Source: a virus
Lineage: Duplodnaviria; Heunggongvirae; Uroviricota; Caudoviricetes
Direction: 5' to 3' (one strand)
Length of the DNA: 14,972 nucleotides
Virus record (IMG/VR): IMGVR_UViG_3300029656_000143
Span: 1-14,972 of that record
Position 1 is the stretch's first letter; the number at the start of each line of letters is the position of its first letter. The position numbers were made by a program, and so were the translations under genes. Below are positions 8,041 through 14,972 of this stretch, in pieces. The notes beneath the pieces were generated by a model. It searched no databases and was not told the origin of the DNA. It saw nothing but the letters and a program-made list of their open reading frames with translations.

Positions 8041-8247
8041 TGATCTGCTAATGGTTATTCATGGGATAACTATGTTTTATATGTAATCCAACTCAGATGA
8101 ATTATTGATTCTGGATAATAACCGCAGAGCGGCATATACCCTGACAGGCAAATGTCCGCTTCTTGATCAAAGCAGACTGTCAGATTTGATAACTTTTGGG
8201 TTATGTAAATTGTCAGTCGGAAAATGAGTGTGTACAAATCAGGACAG

Positions 8248-8273
8248 GCGGGCGAATTGCCCGCTTTTTCTTT
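8248..8273 (+). terminator. rho-independent terminator downstream of the Z/fun-locus gene
   Basis: GCGGGC (8248-8253), loop GAATT, GCCCGC (8259-8264), then TTTTTCTTT (8265-8273). Confidence 0.65.
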
Positions 8274-8369
8274 ATCTGTTGTTTCATCCACTGACCAGCC
8301 AGGTCAAATAGCGTCTCATGCACTACCCAACGGAAAATAGTTGCACCCATTAACCACGGAGTTAAACGG

Positions 8370-9560
8370 ATGAGTGACTATCATCACGGCGTGCAGGTGC
8401 TGGAAATTAACGACGGCACCCGCGTCATTTCCACCGTATCCACGGCCATTGTCGGCATGGTCTGCACGGCCAGCGATGCGGATGCGGAAACCTTCCCCCT
8501 CAATAAACCGGTGCTGATTACCAATGTGCAGAGCGCAATTGCAAAGGCCGGTAAAAAAGGCACGCTGGCGGCGTCGTTACAGGCCATCGCAGACCAGTCA
8601 AAACCGGTCACCGTTGTTGTGCGCGTGGAAGACGGCACCGGCGACGACGAAGAAACGAAACTCGCGCAGACCGTTTCCAATATCATCGGCACCACCGACG
8701 AAAATGGTCAGTACACCGGACTGAAAGCCCTGCTGGCGGCGGAGTCGGTAACCGGTGTTAAACCGCGTATTCTCGGTGTGCCGGGACTGGACACCAAAGA
8801 GGTGGCTGTTGCACTGGCATCAGTCTGTCAGAAGCTGCGCGCTTTCGGGTATATCAGCGCATGGGACTGTAAAACCATTTCCGAGGTGAAAGCCTACCGT
8901 CAGAATTTCAGCCAGCGTGAGCTGATGGTCATCTGGCCGGATTTCCTCGCATGGGATACGGTCAGCAGTACCACCGCCACCGCGTATGCCACCGCCCGTG
9001 CGCTGGGTCTGCGCGCTAAAATCGACCAGGAGCAGGGCTGGCATAAAACGCTGTCCAATGTCGGGGTGAACGGTGTTACCGGCATCAGCGCATCCGTCTT
9101 CTGGGATTTGCAGGAGTCCGGCACCGATGCTGACCTGCTTAACGAGTCTGGTGTCACAACGCTGATTCGCCGCGACGGTTTCCGCTTCTGGGGTAACCGT
9201 ACCTGCTCTGATGACCCGCTGTTCCTCTTTGAAAACTACACCCGCACCGCGCAGGTGCTGGCCGACACGATGGCTGAGGCGCACATGTGGGCGGTGGACA
9301 AGCCCATCACCGCAACGCTGATTCGCGACATCGTTGACGGCATTAATGCCAAATTCCGTGAGCTGAAAACAAACGGCTATATCGTGGATGCGACCTGCTG
9401 GTTCAGCGAAGAATCCAACGATGCGGAAACCCTCAAGGCCGGAAAACTGTATATCGACTACGACTATACCCCGGTGCCTCCTCTTGAAAACCTGACCCTG
9501 CGCCAGCGTATTACCGATAAATACCTGGCAAATCTGGTCACCTCGGTTAACAGCAATTAA
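8370..9560 (+). CDS. FI: contractile tail sheath protein (P2 gpFI), 396 aa
   Basis: MSDYHHGVQVLEINDGTRVISTV... matches my recollection of P2 FI. SD GGAG upstream. Length and FI-FII-E-T-U-D order as in P2. Confidence 0.92.
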   Translation: MSDYHHGVQVLEINDGTRVISTVSTAIVGMVCTASDADAETFPLNKPVLITNVQSAIAKAGKKGTLAASLQAIADQSKPVTVVVRVEDGTGDDEETKLAQTVSNIIGTTDENGQYTGLKALLAAESVTGVKPRILGVPGLDTKEVAVALASVCQKLRAFGYISAWDCKTISEVKAYRQNFSQRELMVIWPDFLAWDTVSSTTATAYATARALGLRAKIDQEQGWHKTLSNVGVNGVTGISASVFWDLQESGTDADLLNESGVTTLIRRDGFRFWGNRTCSDDPLFLFENYTRTAQVLADTMAEAHMWAVDKPITATLIRDIVDGINAKFRELKTNGYIVDATCWFSEESNDAETLKAGKLYIDYDYTPVPPLENLTLRQRITDKYLANLVTSVNSN

Positions 9561-9572
9561 GGAGCCTGACCG

Positions 9573-10091
9573 ATGGCAATGCCGCGCAAACTCAAGTTAA
9601 TGAACGTCTTTCTGAACGGCTACAGCTATCAGGGCGTTGCAAAGTCCGTCACGCTGCCAAAACTGACCCGTAAGCTCGAAAACTATCGCGGTGCGGGGAT
9701 GAACGGCAGCGCACCGGTAGACCTCGGCCTTGATGACGATGCGCTGTCAATGGAGTGGTCGCTCGGGGGCTTCCCGGATTCGGTTATCTGGGAGCTTTAC
9801 GCCGCAACCGGCGTGGATGCCGTGCCGATTCGTTTTGCTGGCTCTTACCAGCGCGACGATACCGGCGAAACGGTGGCCGTCGAAGTAGTCATGCGTGGAC
9901 GTCAGAAAGAAATCGACACCGGCGAGGGGAAACAGGGAGAAGATACCGAGTCGAAAATCTCCGTGGTCTGCACCTATTTCCGGCTGACGATGGACGGTAA
10001 GGAGCTGGTCGAAATTGACACCATCAACATGATTGAGAAGGTGAACGGCGTCGACCGGCTGGAGCAACACCGCCGCAATATCGGCCTGTGA
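9573..10091 (+). CDS. FII: tail tube protein (P2 gpFII), 172 aa
   Basis: SD AAGGAG overlaps the FI stop. Sequence and length as recalled for P2 FII; position directly after the sheath gene. Confidence 0.92.
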   Translation: MAMPRKLKLMNVFLNGYSYQGVAKSVTLPKLTRKLENYRGAGMNGSAPVDLGLDDDALSMEWSLGGFPDSVIWELYAATGVDAVPIRFAGSYQRDDTGETVAVEVVMRGRQKEIDTGEGKQGEDTESKISVVCTYFRLTMDGKELVEIDTINMIEKVNGVDRLEQHRRNIGL

Positions 10092-10098
10092 TTTTCAT

Positions 10099-10119
10099 CC
10101 GGTCAGCCAGGCTGACCGG
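10099..10119. repeat. perfect 21-bp palindrome CCGGTCAGCC-A-GGCTGACCGG between FII and E
   Basis: Read directly; 10-bp arms; lies 8 nt after the FII stop. No T-run follows. Confidence 0.55.
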
Positions 10120-10147
10120 TTAACCCTGATTCAGAAGTGAGAAAACC

Positions 10148-10423
10148 ATGAACAAAGAAAATGTGATTACCCTGGACAATCCGGTCAAGCGTGGTGAGCA
10201 GGTCATCGAACAGGTCACGCTAATGAAACCCAATGCCGGGACGCTGCGCGGTGTCAGTCTGGCTGCGGTCGCGAACTCCGAAGTCGATGCACTGATTAAA
10301 GTGCTGCCGCGCATGACGGCACCGATGCTGACCGAACAGGAAGTTGCCGCGCTGGAACTGCCTGACCTTGTGGCGCTGGCCGGTAAGGTGGTCGGTTTTT
10401 TGTCGCCGAACTCGGTGCAGTAA
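10148..10423 (+). CDS. E: tail assembly chaperone (P2 gpE), 91 aa
   Basis: Small ORF between the tube and tape measure genes, with the slippery site near its 3' end; matches the P2 gene order. Confidence 0.85.
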   Translation: MNKENVITLDNPVKRGEQVIEQVTLMKPNAGTLRGVSLAAVANSEVDALIKVLPRMTAPMLTEQEVAALELPDLVALAGKVVGFLSPNSVQ

Positions 10424-10575
10424 CGTTCCCGAAAAATCTCTCGGTCGATGACCTGATGGCGGATGTGGCAGTGATATTTCACTGGCCGCCATCAGAACTG
10501 TATCCCATGAGTCTGACCGAACTCATCACATGGCGCGAAAAGGCGCTCCGGCGAAGCGGAAACACGAATGAGTAA
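10148..10575 (+). CDS. E+E': tail assembly chaperone E+E', 142 aa, made by programmed -1 ribosomal frameshift at T TTT TTG (10396-10402)
   Basis: Translating by hand, a -1 shift at the heptamer continues VAELGAVTFPKNLSVDDLMADVAVIFHWPPSELYPMSLTELITWREKALRRSGNTNE to the TAA at 10573-10575, overlapping the T start. 85 + 57 aa = 142 aa, the recalled size of P2 E+E'. Confidence 0.75.
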
Positions 10576-13015
10576 CAATGTAAAATTACAGGTATTGCTC
10601 AGGGCTGTTGACCAGGCATCCCGCCCGTTTAAATCCATCCGTACAGCGAGCAAGTCGCTGTCGGGGGATATCAGGGAAACACAAAAATCACTGCGCGAGC
10701 TGAACGGTCACGCATCCCGTATTGAGGGATTTCGCAAGACCAGCGCACAGCTCGCCGTGACTGGTCAGGAACTGAAAAAAGCCAGACAGGAAGCCGCAGC
10801 TCTGGCTGTCCAGTTTAAAAATACTGAACGACCGACAAATGCACAGGCAAAGGCAATGGAAGCCGCGCGTAAAAATGCGTCTGAGTTACAGGCGAAATAT
10901 AACAGCCTGAGATTGTCGGTACAGCGCCAGCGTCAGGAATTGAGTCAGGCGGGTATTAATACCCGTAATCTGGCGCATGATGAACGAGGGCTGAAAAACC
11001 GTATCAGTGAAACCACCGCACAGCTTAACCGTCAGCGCGACGCGCTGGCGCGTGTCAGTGCGCAACAGGCAAAACTTAACGCAGTCAAACAGCGTTATCA
11101 GGCAGGCAAGGAACTGGCCGGAAATATGGCCTCGGTGGGCGCTGCCGGTGTGGGGATTGCGGCGGCGGGAACGATGGCCGGAGTTAAGCTGCTGATGCCC
11201 GGTTATGAGTTTGCGCAGAAAAACTCAGAATTGCAGGCTGTGCTCGGTGTGGCAAAAGACTCCGCCGAAATGGCCGCGCTCCGCAAACAGGCGCGCCAGC
11301 TCGGCGACAACACCGCCGCCTCGGCGGATGATGCGGCCGGTGCACAGATTATCATTGCGAAAGCGGGTGGAGATGCTGCGGCTATTCAGGCGGCAACGCC
11401 GGTCACGCTGAATATGGCGCTGGCGAACCGCCGCACGATGGAAGAAAACGCCGCCCTGCTGATGGGGATGAAATCCGCCTTTCAGCTTTCAAACGATAAG
11501 GTCGCTCATATCGGGGATGTTCTCTCCATGACGATGAACAAAACCGCCGCCGATTTTGACGGCATGAGCGATGCGCTGACCTATGCCGCACCTGTGGCAA
11601 AAAATGCCGGTGTCAGCATTGAAGAAACCGCCGCAATGGTCGGGGCGCTGCATGATGCAAAAATTACAGGCTCAATGGCGGGGACGGGAAGCCGTGCCGT
11701 GTTAAGTCGCCTGCAGGCACCAACGGGAAAAGCATGGGATGCACTCAAAGAGCTTGGCGTGAAAACCTCAGACAGCAAGGGAAACACCCGGCCAATATTT
11801 ACCATTCTGAAAGAAATGCAGGCCAGTTTTGAGAAAAACCGGCTCGGTACTGCCCAGCAGGCCGAATACATGAAAACCATTTTCGGGGAGGAAGCCAGCT
11901 CAGCCGCCGCCGTGCTGATGACTGCCGCCTCAACCGGAAAGCTGGACAAACTGACTGCTGCGTTTAAAGCCTCAGACGGGAAGACCGCAGAGCTGGTAAA
12001 TATTATGCAGGACAATCTCGGCGGTGACTTTAAGGAGTTTCAGTCCGCTTATGAGGCGGTGGGGACTGACCTGTTTGACCAGCAGGAAGGCGCACTGCGT
12101 AAGCTCACGCAGACGGCCACAAAGTATGTGTTAAAACTCGACGGCTGGATCCAGAAAAACAAATCACTGGCGTCAACCATCGGCATCATTGCCGGTGGTG
12201 CACTGGCACTGACTGGTGTCATCGGTGCCATTGGCCTCGTAGCCTGGCCGGTTATCACCGGCATCAATGCCATTATCGCGGCAGCAGGCGCAATGGGAGC
12301 AATCTTCACGACGGTTGGCAGTGCTGTTATGACGGCCATCGGGGCGATTAGCTGGCCGGTTGTGGCCGTGGTGGCCGCCATTGTCGCCGGGGCGTTGCTT
12401 ATCCGTAAATACTGGGAGCCTGTCAGCGCATTCTTTGGCGGTGTGGTTGAAGGGCTGAAAGCGGCATTTGCGCCAGTGGGGGAACTGTTCACGCCACTTA
12501 AGCCGGTGTTTGACTGGCTGGGTGAAAAGTTACAGGCCGCGTGGCAGTGGTTTAAAAACCTGATTGCCCCGGTCAAAGCCACACAGGACACCCTGAACCG
12601 TTGCCGTGATACGGGTGTCATGTTCGGGCAGGCACTGGCTGACGCGCTGATGCTGCCGCTTAATGCGTTCAACAAACTGCGCAGCGGCATTGACTGGGTA
12701 CTGGAAAAGCTCGGGGTCATCAACAAAGAGTCAGACACACTTGACCAGACCGCCGCCAGAACTCATGCCGCCACGTATGGCACCGGTGGTTATATTCCGG
12801 CGACCAGCTCTTATGCAGGCTATCAGGCTTATCAGCCGGTCACGGCACCGGCTGGCCGCTCTTATGTGGACCAGAGTAAAAACGAATATCACATCAGCCT
12901 GACGGGTGGTACTGCGCCGGGGACACAGCTTGACCGCCAGTTACAGGATGCGCTCGAAAAATACGAGCGGGATAAACGTGCGCGCGCCCGTGCCAGCATG
13001 ATGCATGACGGTTAA
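10568..13015 (+). CDS. T: tail tape measure protein (P2 gpT), 815 aa
   Basis: Coiled-coil-like Q/A/R/K-rich N-terminal third and a long Gly/Ala/Ile-rich hydrophobic segment (about aa 530-620), typical of tape measure proteins. Length and position as in P2. Confidence 0.9.
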   Translation: MSNNVKLQVLLRAVDQASRPFKSIRTASKSLSGDIRETQKSLRELNGHASRIEGFRKTSAQLAVTGQELKKARQEAAALAVQFKNTERPTNAQAKAMEAARKNASELQAKYNSLRLSVQRQRQELSQAGINTRNLAHDERGLKNRISETTAQLNRQRDALARVSAQQAKLNAVKQRYQAGKELAGNMASVGAAGVGIAAAGTMAGVKLLMPGYEFAQKNSELQAVLGVAKDSAEMAALRKQARQLGDNTAASADDAAGAQIIIAKAGGDAAAIQAATPVTLNMALANRRTMEENAALLMGMKSAFQLSNDKVAHIGDVLSMTMNKTAADFDGMSDALTYAAPVAKNAGVSIEETAAMVGALHDAKITGSMAGTGSRAVLSRLQAPTGKAWDALKELGVKTSDSKGNTRPIFTILKEMQASFEKNRLGTAQQAEYMKTIFGEEASSAAAVLMTAASTGKLDKLTAAFKASDGKTAELVNIMQDNLGGDFKEFQSAYEAVGTDLFDQQEGALRKLTQTATKYVLKLDGWIQKNKSLASTIGIIAGGALALTGVIGAIGLVAWPVITGINAIIAAAGAMGAIFTTVGSAVMTAIGAISWPVVAVVAAIVAGALLIRKYWEPVSAFFGGVVEGLKAAFAPVGELFTPLKPVFDWLGEKLQAAWQWFKNLIAPVKATQDTLNRCRDTGVMFGQALADALMLPLNAFNKLRSGIDWVLEKLGVINKESDTLDQTAARTHAATYGTGGYIPATSSYAGYQAYQPVTAPAGRSYVDQSKNEYHISLTGGTAPGTQLDRQLQDALEKYERDKRARARASMMHDG

Positions 13016-13029
13016 GGAGGTGACGAAAA

Positions 13030-13509
13030 ATGATGCTCGCGTTAGGTATGTTTGTTTTTATGCGCCAGACGCTGCCACACCAGACCATGCAGCGTGAATC
13101 AGATTATCGCTGGCCGTCAAATTCCCGTATCGGTAAACGGGACGCCTTTCAGTTTCTCGGTGTGGGTGAGGAAAACATCACGCTGGCCGGTGTGCTTTAT
13201 CCCGAACTGACCGGCGGAAAGCTGACGATGACCACGCTCAGACTGATGGCAGAGGAAGGCCGGGCGTGGCCGTTGCTGGATGGCACCGGCATGATTTACG
13301 GCATGTATGTCATCAGCAGGGTGAGTGAAACAGGGAGTATTTTCTTTGCAGACGGCACACCCCGGAAAATTGATTTTACGCTGTCGCTCACCCGCGTTGA
13401 TGAATCACTGGCCGCGCTTTATGGCGATATCGGTAAACAGGCGGAGTCGCTCATCGGTAAGGCTGGCAGTATGGCGACTAAATTCACGGGTATGACGGGG
13501 GCGGGATAA
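13030..13509 (+). CDS. U: tail protein U (P2 gpU), 159 aa
   Basis: SD AGGAGG (13015-13020) overlaps the T stop. Length and order as in P2. Stop overlaps the D start (TAATG). Confidence 0.85.
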   Translation: MMLALGMFVFMRQTLPHQTMQRESDYRWPSNSRIGKRDAFQFLGVGEENITLAGVLYPELTGGKLTMTTLRLMAEEGRAWPLLDGTGMIYGMYVISRVSETGSIFFADGTPRKIDFTLSLTRVDESLAALYGDIGKQAESLIGKAGSMATKFTGMTGAG

Positions 13510-14672
13510 TGCTGGATGCACTGACATTTGATGCAGGCAGTACGCTGACGCCGGATTACATGCTGATGCTCGACAGCAGGGATATTACCGGCAATATCAG
13601 CGACCGTCTGATGAGCATGACCCTGACGGATAACCGGGGCTTTGAGGCTGACCAGCTTGATATTGAACTGAGCGATGCCGACGGGCAGGTCGGGCTACCG
13701 ATTCGTGGCGCTGTCCTGACGGTGTATATCGGCTGGAAAGGTTTTGCCCTGGTATGCAAAGGGAAATTTACCGTTGATGAGGTTGAACACCGGGGCGCGC
13801 CGGATGTGGTTACCATCCGCGCCCGGAGTGCAGATTTTCGCGGGACGCTCAATTCCCGCCGTGAAGGCTCCTGGCATGACACCACGCTCGGTGCGATTGT
13901 TGAGGTGATAGCCTCCCGTAACAGGCTGGAAGCCAGTGTCGCGCCGTCACTGGCCGGAATTAAAATCCCGCACATCGACCAGTCGCAGGAGTCTGATGCA
14001 AAATTCCTGACCCGCCTTGCTGAACGCAACGGCGGTGAGGTGTCGGTAAAAATGGGAAAACTGTTGTTTCTCAAAGCGGGGCAGGGAGTGACGGCCAGCG
14101 GTAAAAAAATCCCGCAGATTACCATAACCCGCAGCGACGGCGACCGTCATCATTTTGCGATTGCTGACCGTGGAGCCTACACCGGCGTAACGGCAAAGTG
14201 GTTACACACCAAAGACCCGAAGCCGCAAAAGCAGAAGGTAAAACTGAAACGCAAAAAGAAAGAGAAACACCTGCGCGCACTGGAGCACCCCAAAGCGAAA
14301 CCGGTCACGCAGAAGAAAGCGCCAAAAGTACCGGAAGCGCGCGAAGGTGAATACATGGTCGGTGAGGCTGACAACGTTTTTGCCCTGACCACGGTTTATG
14401 CCACGAAAGCACAGGCCATGCGCGCCGCTCAGGCGAAGTGGGACAAACTGCAACGGGGCGTCGCGGAGTTTTCCATCAGCCTGGCTACCGGTCGGGCAGA
14501 TATTTACACGGAAACACCGGTTAAAGTGTCAGGCTTTAAGCGCGTCATAGACGAGCAGGACTGGACAATCACTAAGGTGACACATTTTCTGAATAATAGC
14601 GGCTTCACGACGTCCTTAGAGCTTGAGGTCAGGCTTTCTGATGTGGAGTACGAAACAGAAGATGATGGGTGA
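13509..14672 (+). CDS. D: tail protein D (P2 gpD), 387 aa
   Basis: ATG overlaps the U stop by 1 nt. Length and position as in P2. Contains a Lys-rich tract at about 14210-14345. Confidence 0.88.
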   Translation: MLDALTFDAGSTLTPDYMLMLDSRDITGNISDRLMSMTLTDNRGFEADQLDIELSDADGQVGLPIRGAVLTVYIGWKGFALVCKGKFTVDEVEHRGAPDVVTIRARSADFRGTLNSRREGSWHDTTLGAIVEVIASRNRLEASVAPSLAGIKIPHIDQSQESDAKFLTRLAERNGGEVSVKMGKLLFLKAGQGVTASGKKIPQITITRSDGDRHHFAIADRGAYTGVTAKWLHTKDPKPQKQKVKLKRKKKEKHLRALEHPKAKPVTQKKAPKVPEAREGEYMVGEADNVFALTTVYATKAQAMRAAQAKWDKLQRGVAEFSISLATGRADIYTETPVKVSGFKRVIDEQDWTITKVTHFLNNSGFTTSLELEVRLSDVEYETEDDG

Positions 14673-14753
14673 TGTTTTTATTTTATCTATTTGTTTTATA
14701 AGGATAAATTAACTAAAATGGCACCATCAACAAAACCGGAAGAGGTGCTCGCG

Positions 14754-14972
14754 ATGTTTCATTGTCCTTTATGCCAGCATGCCGCACATGCGCGTACAAG
14801 TCGCTATATCACTGACACGACAAAAGAGCGTTATCACCAGTGTCAGAACGTGAATTGCAGCGCCACGTTCATCACTTATGAGTCGGTACAGCGATACATC
14901 GTGAAGCCGGGAGAAGTCCACGCCGTAAGACCGCACCCGTTGCCGTCAGGGCAGCAAATTATGTGGATGTAA
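14754..14972 (+). CDS. ogr: late-gene transcriptional activator Ogr (zinc-finger), 72 aa
   Basis: MFHCPLCQHAAHARTSRYITDTTKERYHQCQNVNCSATF... with the C-X2-C-X22-C-X4-C zinc finger. I recognise this as P2 Ogr. SD GAAGAGG upstream of the ATG at 14754. AT-rich 80-bp region upstream. Confidence 0.92.
   Translation: MFHCPLCQHAAHARTSRYITDTTKERYHQCQNVNCSATFITYESVQRYIVKPGEVHAVRPHPLPSGQQIMWM

Noticed and set aside
8070-8291. 73-aa minus-strand ORF between the Z/fun-locus gene and FI
   Set aside because: GTG start without an SD, and it runs through the plus-strand terminator hairpin. Cannot be excluded as a small cargo gene, but the evidence is insufficient.
8277-8340. Possible Ogr-dependent late promoter for FI (TGT-N12-ACA dyad)
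   Set aside because: Only an imperfect match (TGT at 8280-8282, CCA at 8295-8297) and no convincing -10. A promoter is expected here from P2 biology, but I cannot place it from sequence.
8384-10492. Antisense and out-of-frame ORFs within FI, FII and E
   Set aside because: They overlap well-supported tail genes; GC-rich antisense artefacts.
11007-13088. Multiple ORFs on both strands (62-229 aa) inside and just after the tape measure gene
   Set aside because: Low-complexity Ala/Ser/Thr/Pro products typical of out-of-frame or antisense reading of a GC-rich gene. No independent signals.
13556-14453. Minus-strand ORFs inside D, including Phe/Leu-rich ones at 14177-14453
   Set aside because: Antisense to D; the Phe/Leu-rich ones are simply the complement of the Lys-rich tract in D.
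14691-14753. N-terminal extension of ogr from the upstream ATG at 14691
   Set aside because: The recognised 72-aa Ogr starts at MFHCPLC (14754) with its own SD. The extension is AT-rich promoter-like sequence.
1-14972. CRISPR arrays, tRNA or rRNA genes, and att sites
   Set aside because: No spacer-interleaved short direct repeats and no tRNA-like or rRNA-like sequence seen by eye. The prophage attachment site presumably lies beyond ogr, outside the window.

Overview
The window has three parts. (1) 1-2375 is accessory DNA of unknown origin: a 111-aa ORF (+), an orphan 282/283-aa ORF (-), a ~470-bp GC-rich, hairpin-dense, ORF-poor spacer, an 83-aa XRE-type HTH gene preceded by two AGTGAA-N5-TTCACT palindromes around a promoter, and a small Rpn/YhgA-C-terminal-like ORF with a terminator. 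(2) About 2376-4932 is an IS21-family insertion sequence on the minus strand (istA 513 aa, istB 249 aa) with reiterated GGAGATC-type terminal repeats. (3) 4933-14972 is the tail/late-gene module of a P2-type myovirus prophage on the + strand: 5'-truncated tail fibre H, tail fibre assembly G, an AT-rich 197-aa membrane-anchored gene at the Z/fun lysogenic-conversion locus, sheath FI, tube FII, E and its -1 frameshift product E+E', tape measure T, U, D and the zinc-finger late activator Ogr. The IS abuts the H fragment with no visible target-site duplication and no baseplate genes lie to its left, so the prophage is probably a deletion remnant. The best candidates for uncharacterised function are the AT-rich Z/fun-locus gene and the orphan 283-aa gene with its structured upstream region. 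No family assignment could be verified by search; all rest on reading the sequence and recalled knowledge. No tRNA, rRNA or CRISPR array was seen.
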